A stretch of DNA of 51,921 nucleotides from Thermoanaerobaculia bacterium (lineage in GTDB: Bacteria > Acidobacteriota > Thermoanaerobaculia > Multivoradales > UBA5704). Under the pieces are notes generated by a model. It ran no database searches, was not told the DNA's origin, and saw nothing but the letters and a program-made list of their open reading frames with translations. Within the stretch, counting starts at the first letter, position 1, and the number at the start of each line of letters is the position of its first letter. Positions 1-7,368 of this stretch are shown here, in pieces. The stretch lies in contig DATHUD010000178.1 of the NCBI GenBank assembly GCA_035462575.1, positions 1 to 51,921 on the forward strand. The letters are read 5' to 3'. The position numbers and the translations under genes are program-made.

Positions 1-1
1 G

Positions 2-136
2 CAGGCTTCCCGGGTGTCGGACCTGACGGCTTTCCTCTACCTGGGCGAGCTGGTCGAGTACGGCCCGACCGAGAAGATCTTCATCAACCCCATGAAGAAG
101 CAGACCGAGGACTACATCACGGGCCGGTTCGGGTAA
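2..136 (+). CDS. pstB: Phosphate ABC transporter ATP-binding protein PstB, 3' end only (5' end outside the window)
   Basis: Frame 2 reads [44 protein letters not shown]. The [12 protein letters not shown] tail is the conserved PstB C-terminus. The TAA stop is at 134-136. Confidence 0.85.
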   Translation, partial: QASRVSDLTAFLYLGELVEYGPTEKIFINPMKKQTEDYITGRFG

Positions 137-192
137 GTGTCCGGACCGAGCCTCAGCTCCTGCAACCAGCTCACCCCAGGACGGCCATCCGG

Positions 193-408
193 TCAGGCAT
201 TCATTCCCACGACCTTCAGATCGACCCGCTCTGCGCTCTTCCGGCGAGCCGCGCAGTCGGAGCAAAGCAAGGGGGCTCCGGCCTCTTCCCGGAAGCCGTG
301 GTCGGCACAGACTCCAACTCCGCAGTCGTGGCAGATCCCCACAGCGTGAGAGACGTTGAGGTGCATGGCTCCGGGATGGGGGCCGGTCTCACAGAAGTAG
401 CAGTTCAT
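193..408 (-). CDS. Small Cys-rich zinc-ribbon-like protein (DUF2180-like), function unknown
   Basis: 71-aa ORF starting MNCYFCETG, with CxxC-type pairs (CYFC, CHDC..C, CSDC). The ATG is at 406-408, preceded by AAGGAG 7 nt upstream on the minus strand. It is the last gene of the minus-strand ars-like string. Confidence 0.6.
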   Translation of the reverse strand: MNCYFCETGPHPGAMHLNVSHAVGICHDCGVGVCADHGFREEAGAPLLCSDCAARRKSAERVDLKVVGMNA

Positions 409-474
409 CGCAGACTCCTTTCGTATTCAGGGGCAGGTGGCGGGAGAAGGCGTCCGTTCCTGCAGGGCGGGGCC

Positions 475-711
475 TCAAGCCTCCGCGAGCAGTCTCCGGA
501 TCTGTTCGATCTCGGGCACACGTCCGGCCAGCAGCACTTTCTCATCCACCACCAGGGCGGGCGTGCTGCTCACGCCGTAGGCCAGGATCGAGGGGAAGTC
601 CTTGACCTCCTCGACCGTGGCTTCGGCCCCCATCTCGGAGAGAGCCCGCTCGACTTTCTCTTTGAGGAGGCGGCAGGTGGTGCAACCCATTCCGAGCACC
701 TTGACGTTCAT
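475..711 (-). CDS. Thioredoxin-fold redox-active disulfide protein (small single-domain Trx-like)
   Basis: 78 aa, MNVKVLGMGCTTCRLLKEKVE..., with a CxxC (CTTC) near the N-terminus. The internal ATG at 709-711 has a GAAAGGAAAGG SD. The upstream part of track ORF 475..1728 is Arg/Pro-rich noise overlapping the permease gene. Confidence 0.8.
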   Translation of the reverse strand: MNVKVLGMGCTTCRLLKEKVERALSEMGAEATVEEVKDFPSILAYGVSSTPALVVDEKVLLAGRVPEIEQIRRLLAEA

Positions 712-722
712 GGCCTTTCCTT

Positions 723-1769
723 TCACAGAAGCGCGTTGAAGAGATAGCCGGTCAACAGGATCCCCAGTCCGACGACGGCCACGTAGACCAGGATCAGGCG
801 GGGTTTGAGGATGCGGCGCAGCAGGATCATCTCGGGGACCGAGAGGGCTACCACGGCCATCATGAAGGCGAGGAGCGTTCCCATGGCCATGCCCTTGGCG
901 TGGAGGGCCTCGATCAGGGGCAGCACCCCGGCGGCGTTCGAGTAGAGGGGGATTCCCAGAGCCACGGCGACGGGCACGGCGAGAGGCTGGTCCGGGCCGG
1001 CCCAGCGCAGGAAGAACGCCTCCGGGACCCAGCCGTGGATCAGGGCTCCCAGGGAGATGCCCACCAGCAGATAGGGCCAGATCTTCCCCAGGATCGAGCG
1101 CACCTCGGCGCGGCCGATGGCGAAACGCTCGTCCCAGGAGAGGCCCTGGGACGGATCGAGCGGCACGCCACCGACCTTCATCTCGTAGACGAAGGGCTCC
1201 ACCCACTTCTCCAGCCGCATCCGCCCGAGGACGAACCCGGCCGTCACGGCGAGGACGAGGCCGGAGGAGACGTAGGTGAGCGCGACCTTCCAGCCGAACA
1301 GGCCGTAGAGCAGCACCACCGCCACCTCGTTGACCATGGGGCTCGCGATGAGGAAGCTCAACGTCACCCCGAGGGGGACTCCGGCGGCCACGAAGCCGAT
1401 GAACGCCGGGACGGCGCTGCACGAGCAGAACGGCGTCACCACGCCCAGGGCGGCTCCGGCCACGTTGCCCACCCCTTCGCGCCGGCCGCCCAGCAGGGTC
1501 CGGGTGCGCTCCAGGCTGAAGAAGCTCCGCAGCACGGAGATGGCGAAGATGATCCCGGTCAGGAGAAGGGCGATCTTCGTCGTGTCGTAGAGGAAGAAGT
1601 GGATCACCTGGGAGTGGCGCTCGGCCTCCGGAAGGCCGACGGCGCCGAAGAGGAGCCAGTCCCAGAAGGGGCGGACGAAGCGGAGGGCCAGGAGCCAGCC
1701 GGCGGTGGCCAGCACGAGGCCGGGCCACGGCGAAGGTTCCCGGCCGAGGCGAAGGGCGAGCGCTTTCAT
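723..1769 (-). CDS. ArsP-like (DUF318-type) multi-pass permease with a vicinal cysteine pair
   Basis: 348 aa starting MKALALRLG at ATG 1767-1769. It is highly hydrophobic and carries the TPFCSCSAVP motif. Its start overlaps the arsR stop as ATGA at 1766-1769. It lies 11 nt upstream of the Trx-like gene. Confidence 0.8.
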   Translation of the reverse strand: MKALALRLGREPSPWPGLVLATAGWLLALRFVRPFWDWLLFGAVGLPEAERHSQVIHFFLYDTTKIALLLTGIIFAISVLRSFFSLERTRTLLGGRREGVGNVAGAALGVVTPFCSCSAVPAFIGFVAAGVPLGVTLSFLIASPMVNEVAVVLLYGLFGWKVALTYVSSGLVLAVTAGFVLGRMRLEKWVEPFVYEMKVGGVPLDPSQGLSWDERFAIGRAEVRSILGKIWPYLLVGISLGALIHGWVPEAFFLRWAGPDQPLAVPVAVALGIPLYSNAAGVLPLIEALHAKGMAMGTLLAFMMAVVALSVPEMILLRRILKPRLILVYVAVVGLGILLTGYLFNALL

Positions 1770-2071
1770 GGGGCCTCCTCCGCCCCCGGGATCGCCCGCC
1801 GGAGGGCTTCCAGCCGGGCGGAGTCGAGGGCGTAGTCGATCCACCGCCCGTGCCGTGTCGCCGAGATGAGCTCCGCCTCCCGCAACACTTTCAGGTGGTG
1901 CGACAGGAGGTTGGCGGCTACGCCGACCCGCGCCTGGATCCGGCAGGCACAAAGGGGCCCGCGGGCCAGCTCCCGGAGGATGTGGAGCCGTGTGGGGTCT
2001 GCCAGAGCCTTGAGGCGTTCCGCCAAAGGGTCGAGGGCCGGCGCCGGTTCGATGGAGATTGGTTCAATCAT
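1766..2071 (-). CDS. ArsR/SmtB-family metalloregulatory transcription factor
   Basis: 101 aa with LADPTRLHILRELARGPLCACRIQARVGVAANLLSHHLKVLREAELI, a wHTH with a CxC (LCAC) in the position of the ArsR ELCVCDL metalloid site. The ATG is at 2069-2071. Confidence 0.85.
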   Translation of the reverse strand: MIEPISIEPAPALDPLAERLKALADPTRLHILRELARGPLCACRIQARVGVAANLLSHHLKVLREAELISATRHGRWIDYALDSARLEALRRAIPGAEEAP

Positions 2072-2080
2072 GGTTGAACC
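2061..2080. promoter_or_regulatory. Candidate ArsR operator: perfect inverted repeat GGTTCAA-N6-TTGAACC spanning the arsR start codon
   Basis: GGTTCAA at 2061-2067 and TTGAACC at 2074-2080. The arsR ATG (complement of 2069-2071) lies in the 6-nt spacer. The local sequence is AT-richer than its surroundings. Confidence 0.4.
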
Positions 2081-2228
2081 TTACTCCTCGCCACGGGCCG
2101 TGAGCCGGGCGCCGCGGAAAACCGCCCGCCGGTGCGCGCGGCGGGAGGGCGCCCTGCCCCGGGGTGGGGGCGTCCGCCTGCGCCACAGGGTTGGCCGGTG
2201 CCCTTCCGGGGCTCAGCCCTCCCGTTTC

Positions 2229-2909
2229 CTAGCGAGCGACGGCCTCGGGCCCCAGGCCGCCCGAGTGGCGGATGTCGCGGCCTTCGACGTAGTAGACGAC
2301 GTCCTCCGCGATGTTGGTGGCATGGTCGGCGATGCGCTCCAGGTTGCGCGAGATGAGCAGGAGATGAAGCGCCCGGCTGACGGTTTTCGGGTCCTCGATC
2401 ATGTAGGTGAGGAGCTCGCGGAAGATCTGCTTGTAGAGCCCGTCCACCCCGTCGTCCGACTTGCACACCTCGGTCGCCAGCTCGACGTCGCGGTTTACGA
2501 AGGCGTCGAGGCTCTGGCGGACCATCGTCTGCACGAGCTGCGACAGGTGGGGCAGGTCGATATAGGGCTTCAACGGTGGCTGGTCGTTCAAATGCTCGAC
2601 CGACTGGGCGATGTTGACGGCAGAGTCGCCGATCCGCTCGAGATCGCTGTTGATCTTCATCACCGCGACCAGGAAACGCAGGTCGATGGCTGTGGGCTGC
2701 TTGCGGCCGATGAGGCTGTGGCAGACCTCGTCGATCTCCATCTCCAACTGGTCGACGGCGCGGTCGCCATCGATGACTCCCTTGCAGAGCGCGCCGTTGC
2801 GGTCGAGGAGCGCCTGGGTGGCCTCTGCGACCATGCCCTCGACGAGGCCTCCCATCCTGAGGAGCATCTGACGCACCCGATCCAGCTCGTGATCCAAATG
2901 TCGTTCCAT
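2229..2909 (-). CDS. phoU: Phosphate signalling complex protein PhoU
   Basis: 226 aa from MERHLDHELDRVRQMLLRMGGLVE... It shows the duplicated PhoU repeat, with two E/DxxxD-type motifs (SDLERIGD and RNLERIADHATNIAEDV). I chose the ATG at 2907-2909 over the TTG at 2930 used by the track. Confidence 0.9.
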   Translation of the reverse strand: MERHLDHELDRVRQMLLRMGGLVEGMVAEATQALLDRNGALCKGVIDGDRAVDQLEMEIDEVCHSLIGRKQPTAIDLRFLVAVMKINSDLERIGDSAVNIAQSVEHLNDQPPLKPYIDLPHLSQLVQTMVRQSLDAFVNRDVELATEVCKSDDGVDGLYKQIFRELLTYMIEDPKTVSRALHLLLISRNLERIADHATNIAEDVVYYVEGRDIRHSGGLGPEAVAR

Positions 2910-2995
2910 GAAATCCGGGTCCTTTCGCAAGCAGACATCTTACATCGCGCGCTTCCCGGCCGAAAGGCGCGGAAGTCCTTGACGGGCTTCATTTC

Positions 2996-3023
2996 TGTGA
3001 CAACTCCGAGGCGGAGCTGTCAC
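2996..3023 (-). promoter_or_regulatory. Candidate Pho-box half-sites upstream of phoU
   Basis: The minus strand reads GTGACA-N16-GTCACA. The hexamer starts are 22 bp (2 x 11) apart and lie 87-114 nt upstream of the phoU ATG. Confidence 0.25.
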
Positions 3024-3036
3024 GGGGGCGGTGTCT

Positions 3037-3690
3037 TCACGCGGTGGGCTGAAGGAGCCGGCCCTCCATCGCGTCGCGCACCCCTTCGCCCAGCTCCTTC
3101 CAGACCTTGTTCTCCCGCTTTTTGAGGCGCTGGTAGGCGCGGGCGATGTCCAAGATGAGGATGATCCGGGCGCTCGCGCAGGCGAGCTCGCCGTGGCGGT
3201 GGGTGCCGATCCGCTCGAAGCCCAGCACCTGGGTGTGGAAGCGCAGCGGCGAGTGGGGGTCGTTCTCGAACACGTCGGTGAGGAAGTGGGTGTAGCCGCG
3301 CCCCACGACCTCGACGATCGCGGCCCGCATGAGCTTCATGACCACCCGGATGTTCCGGCGGTAGCGCGGCACGATCATGAAGCGGCCGATGTCCACGAAC
3401 CGGCCGCCGCGCTTCAAGCCTTCGAGGTCCACCTCGGGCTCCAGGGTGACGCCGTACTCGGCGGGCATCTCCAGGGAAGGATCGTAGACCAGGCGGATCA
3501 CCCCCGCGGGCTCGTCGCCTGCCGACACCAGGAACCAGGACTGGTCCTGCCGGGAGGCGATGTCCGCGGGGATCTCCGCGCCGGAGCTTGAGATCCACTG
3601 CTTCTCGTCGCGATAGACGGCCTCGATGACCGCGAGGGCCCGTTCGCGGTCCTCGGGCGTGAGGATCTTCTGCGCCGTGACGTTTTTCAT
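3037..3690 (-). CDS. GNAT/Acetyltransf_5-like N-acyl amino acid synthase (OlsB/GlsB-like N-acyltransferase)
   Basis: 217 aa, MKNVTAQKILTPEDRERALAVIEAVYRDEKQWI...GVIRLVYD...GRFMIVPRYRRN... It resembles the autoinducer-synthase-like fold of N-acyl amino acid synthases. The ATG at 3688-3690 overlaps the upstream acyltransferase stop by 4 nt. Confidence 0.6.
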   Translation of the reverse strand: MKNVTAQKILTPEDRERALAVIEAVYRDEKQWISSSGAEIPADIASRQDQSWFLVSAGDEPAGVIRLVYDPSLEMPAEYGVTLEPEVDLEGLKRGGRFVDIGRFMIVPRYRRNIRVVMKLMRAAIVEVVGRGYTHFLTDVFENDPHSPLRFHTQVLGFERIGTHRHGELACASARIILILDIARAYQRLKKRENKVWKELGEGVRDAMEGRLLQPTA

Positions 3691-4475
3691 GGACGGTCTC
3701 CGGCCGGCTCGAGCCGGCGAAAGGGTTCGTTGTTCCAACGGGTCTTTCCGGAAAGCTCTTCGAGGGACGCCATGACGCGGGAGACGGCGCGCCGCGCCAC
3801 CTCCCGCCGCGCCCGGCCCCCGGGCGCGGCCAGGGCCTCGTTCCGCTCGGCCGTGAAATCGAGGGGCTCTCCGACGCGGAGCACCAGCCGGCCGAGGCGC
3901 GGGGCCCGGCCGAGGCGCGTCCACGCGGGGTAGTGGATGCCCACGGGAACGACCGGCGCCGCCGAGCGCAGCACGAGCTCGCCCACGCCGCTCCTGCCGC
4001 GCAGCAGGCGCTCCGGGTCGGCATTCCTCGTCCCCTCGGGGAAGATCCCGAGGCTTCCGCCGGCCGCGAGCCGCGCGAGGCAGAGGTCGAGCACCGGCTC
4101 CTTCGCCCGGGAGACGCGGTACACCTCCCGCAGCCGGAACCGGGAGGGCTTGCGATAGACCGGGATGGGATCGCACTGCCGGATCACCCACCCCAGGAGA
4201 GGGAGATGCAGGTACATCCAGTCCACCAGGAAGTGGAGGGGGCGTCCTCCGCGCAGGTAGAGGAGCGCGCAGGGGACGAGGAGCGACTCGAAGGTGGTGT
4301 TGTGGTTGAGCGCGAAGATCGCCGGCTCCGGCCCTGTGGCCAGGCGCTCCGCCCCCTCGACCGCGACCAGCCCGCCGAAGGCGCTCAGGACCGTCTTCAA
4401 GGCGATCCGCCGGGAGAGATGGGGCATTCCGGGCAGCTCGGCACGGAGCACGTTCTGAAGGGTGTCGATCGGCAC
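3687..4475 (-). CDS. PlsC-family lysophospholipid/lyso-aminolipid O-acyltransferase (OlsA/GlsA-like)
   Basis: 262 aa with the acyltransferase block I variant NHNTTFES (HX4-acidic) and block III FPEGTRN. The start is GTG at 4473-4475, with a GGGAGA SD 5 nt upstream. Confidence 0.75.
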   Translation of the reverse strand: MPIDTLQNVLRAELPGMPHLSRRIALKTVLSAFGGLVAVEGAERLATGPEPAIFALNHNTTFESLLVPCALLYLRGGRPLHFLVDWMYLHLPLLGWVIRQCDPIPVYRKPSRFRLREVYRVSRAKEPVLDLCLARLAAGGSLGIFPEGTRNADPERLLRGRSGVGELVLRSAAPVVPVGIHYPAWTRLGRAPRLGRLVLRVGEPLDFTAERNEALAAPGGRARREVARRAVSRVMASLEELSGKTRWNNEPFRRLEPAGDRP

Positions 4476-4530
4476 GCGGGTCTCCCGTTACAGACGGCAA
4501 GACCTTTATGCCAGAGGGGTTTGATCCCCC

Positions 4531-4558
4531 GGTGGCGGGAGGGTGGCGTGGGGGTGAC
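4531..4558 (-). promoter_or_regulatory. Three 11-bp-phased direct repeats (possible degenerate Pho box) upstream of the acyltransferase pair
   Basis: The minus strand reads GTCACC-cccac-GCCACC-ctccc-GCCACC. It lies 56-83 nt upstream of the GTG at 4475 and immediately downstream of the phoR stop at 4562. Confidence 0.25.
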
Positions 4559-4561
4559 GAC

Positions 4562-6325
4562 TTACGAGCGCGGCAGCCGCACCCGGAACGTGGTGCCTTG
4601 GCCGATGCGGCTTTCGACTTCCACCTGGCCGCCGTGGGCCTGGGCCACGTGCTTGACGATGGCGAGCCCGAGGCCGGTGCCGCCCTCTTCGCGGGCGCGG
4701 CCCTTGTCCACCCGGTAGAAGCGCTCGAAGAGGCGGGGGAGCGAGTCCTGGGGGATGCCGATGCCGGTGTCGGTCACCTCCAGGATCACCTCGGAGGCGG
4801 CCTCGAAGAGCCGGAGGACGACCGTGCCCTCGGGGCGGTTGTATTTGATCGCGTTGTCCAGGAGGTTCAGCACCAGCCGCTCGAACGAGTCGGCGTCGCC
4901 CGGGAGGGGGGAGACCGGCTGCTCGTCCACCTCGATCTTCACCCGCTTTTCGCGGGCGGCGGCTGAAAGGAGCTCGGCCGCGCGGTGGACGATGTCCGCG
5001 AGGTCGACCGGCTCGCGTTCGCTCGGGGGCTCCACCCCTTCTAAACGGGAGAGCGTGAGGAGGTCGTCCAGGAGAGCCTGGAGGCGGCGGCACTGGGAGA
5101 GGATGCGGTCCAGGAAGCGGCGGGCCGTGACGGTCTCTTCGAGGGCTCCGTCGTGCAGGGTCTCGGCGTAGCCGCGGATGGCGGCGAGCGGGGTCTTGAG
5201 CTCGTGGGAGACGTTCGCCACGAAGTCCCGCCGCATGTCGGCGGTGCGGGTGAGCTCGGTCGTGTCGCGGGCCACCACCACGGCCCCGCGCTGGCCGCCG
5301 GAAAGCGCGGCGCTCGCGAGCAGCAGGGTCCGCCGCTCGGGGCTTCGGAGCTCCATCTCGCCGTTCTGCGACGTGCCGAGCTTCAGGGTGTCTCCCACCA
5401 CGCGGGCGAGCTCGGGGTGGCGCAGGATCTCGAGAACCGGCCGGCCGGCCACCTCGCCCGTCAGGTCGAAGAGGCGCCGGAAGGCGGGGTTGACCAGGAG
5501 GGCCCGGCCGTCGGCCCCCACGACGAGCACCCCTTCGGACATGCTGGAGAGGATGGTCATCAGGTGGTCGCGCTCGTTGCGCACGGCCGCGAACTGGGCT
5601 TCGGCCGTGGCCGCCAGATGGTTCAGGGCCTGGGCCAGGGCCGCGAGCTCTTCCTCGTCCGGCACCTCGACGCGGGCGGCCCGGCCGTCCGCGAGGTCGC
5701 GGGCCCCTGCGATCAACCGGTAGAGCGGCTCGAAGATGCGGCGGTTGATCCACAAGGAGGTCAGGAGGATCGCGACCCCTGCGGCGAGGGTCGCCAGAGC
5801 CATGGCGGCTGCAAGGCGGCCCCGCAGAGCGTGCAACTGTTCGAGCGGTTGGGCAAGCCGCAGGATGAGGCGCCGCCCTCGAGAGTCGGTGAAGGCGTAG
5901 GCGGAGTAGACGTAGGTGATGCCGGTTGTGGCGCTTCTGCGCACTGCCGTACCCTCGCCCCGGGTGAGAGCTGCTTGCACCTCCGGGCGGTTCCCATGGT
6001 TCCTGATTCCAGACACCCGCTCGGGAGGTACCGAGCTTTCGGCGAGCACAGTGCCATCGCTGTTGATCAGGGTGATTCGGAGACTGCTATCGGCTGCGAG
6101 CTGGCGCGCCCAGAGGCGCGGGTCGGCCTGGGGGTCCTCCACCCGCTCGCGGACGATCGGGGCGAGGATGCGCAACGTGCTGTCGAGTTGGATGGTGGCC
6201 GTCTGCTGGAACAGCCCCGGCAGGAGGACCCAGAGGAGAGGCGTCGCAGTCAGCACCGCGGCGAGAGCCGGCCACAGGGGAGCGAGCCGCAGCTTGCGCG
6301 GCAGGCCGATCAGCAGCATCGGCAT
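4562..6325 (-). CDS. phoR: Phosphate regulon sensor histidine kinase PhoR-like (TM-HAMP-PAS-HisKA-HATPase)
   Basis: 587 aa with an N-terminal TM segment and the H-box FVANVSHELKTPLAAIRGYAETL. The N, G1 and G2 boxes are LLDNAIKYN, VTDTGIGIP and GGTGLGLAIV. The ATG at 6323-6325 is 7 nt after the phoB stop. Confidence 0.8.
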   Translation of the reverse strand: MPMLLIGLPRKLRLAPLWPALAAVLTATPLLWVLLPGLFQQTATIQLDSTLRILAPIVRERVEDPQADPRLWARQLAADSSLRITLINSDGTVLAESSVPPERVSGIRNHGNRPEVQAALTRGEGTAVRRSATTGITYVYSAYAFTDSRGRRLILRLAQPLEQLHALRGRLAAAMALATLAAGVAILLTSLWINRRIFEPLYRLIAGARDLADGRAARVEVPDEEELAALAQALNHLAATAEAQFAAVRNERDHLMTILSSMSEGVLVVGADGRALLVNPAFRRLFDLTGEVAGRPVLEILRHPELARVVGDTLKLGTSQNGEMELRSPERRTLLLASAALSGGQRGAVVVARDTTELTRTADMRRDFVANVSHELKTPLAAIRGYAETLHDGALEETVTARRFLDRILSQCRRLQALLDDLLTLSRLEGVEPPSEREPVDLADIVHRAAELLSAAAREKRVKIEVDEQPVSPLPGDADSFERLVLNLLDNAIKYNRPEGTVVLRLFEAASEVILEVTDTGIGIPQDSLPRLFERFYRVDKGRAREEGGTGLGLAIVKHVAQAHGGQVEVESRIGQGTTFRVRLPRS

Positions 6326-6332
6326 GCCGGGA

Positions 6333-7016
6333 TCAGGGCCTCAGCCGGTAGCCGACCCCGATGACCGTCTCGATCCGGTCGGCTTCGGGACCGAGCTTCC
6401 TGCGCAGGCGGCGGATGTGGGTGTCCACGGTGCGGCTGTCGATGTCCTCGGCGTAGCCCCACACGTCCGAGAGGAGCTGTCCCCGGGTCTGCACCCGGCC
6501 GCCGCGCTCCAGGAGGAGGCGCAGCAGGCGGAACTCGGTGGCGGTCAGCGGGATCTCCTTGCCGCGCACGCGGAGCTGGTGGCCGGAGATGTCGAGCTGG
6601 ATGCCCCCCACCTCCAGGAGCTCGTTGGCCTCCTCCTCGGGCTGGCGGCGGCGCAGCACCGCTTTGACCCGCAGCACCACCTCGCGGGGGCTGAAGGGCT
6701 TGGGGATGTAGTCGTCCGCCCCGAGCTCCAGCCCCACGATGCGGTCCACCTCTTCGCTCTTGGCGGTCAGCATGACAATGGGGAGGCGGGAAGTCGCACC
6801 GTCCCGCTTCAGCAGGCGGGTCAGCTCCAGCCCGTCGATGCCGGGGAGCATCAGGTCGAGGACGATCAGGTCCGGAGGCTCCCTGCGGATCGCCTCGAGA
6901 CCGGTGTCCCCCCGGCGCGCGAGCTCCACCTGGAAGCCCTCCTTCTCCAAGTTGTACTGCAGAACCTCGGCGATGTCCGGCTCGTCTTCGACAAGCAGAA
7001 TGCGTTCCCGTGCCAT
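6333..7016 (-). CDS. phoB: OmpR/PhoB-family phosphate regulon response regulator
   Basis: 227 aa from MARERILLVEDEPDIAEVL, with receiver motifs DLIVLDLMLPGIDG and KPFSPREV. The winged-helix C-terminus is LTATEFRLLRLL...VDTHIRRLRRKL...IETVIGVGYRL. I chose the ATG at 7014-7016 over the TTG at 7130. Confidence 0.85.
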   Translation of the reverse strand: MARERILLVEDEPDIAEVLQYNLEKEGFQVELARRGDTGLEAIRREPPDLIVLDLMLPGIDGLELTRLLKRDGATSRLPIVMLTAKSEEVDRIVGLELGADDYIPKPFSPREVVLRVKAVLRRRQPEEEANELLEVGGIQLDISGHQLRVRGKEIPLTATEFRLLRLLLERGGRVQTRGQLLSDVWGYAEDIDSRTVDTHIRRLRRKLGPEADRIETVIGVGYRLRP

Positions 7017-7239
7017 GTGAGAAGAGGCTACCACGGAGTCTTCCACAGCCGGTGCGGAAAAGCCTGCGGAAAATCCCCCGGAAAGGGCCGCCTGAGAGCC
7101 ATTCTCCGGCCTTTTGTCCGCTTTGACCAATGGTCTGTGCAGAGAGGCTAATCGACTGAAAGCAATACGTTTAGCCGCGCTCTTGCCGTTTCTGGAAAAG
7201 CGGGCGGGAGGAAGGATGGACAGATTTCCACAACGCGTC

Positions 7240-7278
7240 TGTGAATTCCCTGTGAGGGTTGTGTTAACTCTCTGTGAC
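7240..7278 (-). promoter_or_regulatory. Candidate tandem Pho boxes: four hexamers at exact 11-bp phasing upstream of phoB-phoR
   Basis: The minus strand reads GTCACA-gagag-TTAACA-caacc-CTCACA-gggaa-TTCACA (plus strand CTGTGA x3 plus GTGTTA). It sits in an AT-enriched 238-bp intergenic region. Confidence 0.45.
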
Positions 7279-7368
7279 GCAGAGGTTTAACCGGGTTTTT
7301 CCAGGGTGCTCGAAGATGGAGAGGTGGAAGATTTTTTTACAACGCCGCGTAAAAAGGAGTCACCAGGC

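Noticed and set aside
475-1728. 417-aa track ORF suggesting a large protein ending in the thioredoxin-fold domain.
   Set aside because: Only the last 78 aa look like a real protein. The upstream 339 aa are Arg/Pro-rich and overlap the permease gene out of frame. The internal ATG at 711 has a good SD.
3037-4500. 487-aa track ORF extending the GNAT protein upstream.
   Set aside because: The extension overlaps the PlsC-family gene in another frame and is Arg/Pro/Gly-rich. The ATG at 3690 gives a 4-nt coupled junction with the upstream gene.
7017-7130. 38-aa N-terminal extension of PhoB from the TTG at 7130.
   Set aside because: It uses a TTG start and has no SD. The extension (MVKADKRPENGSQAALSGGFSAGF...) precedes a canonical receiver-domain N-terminus that begins at the ATG at 7016.
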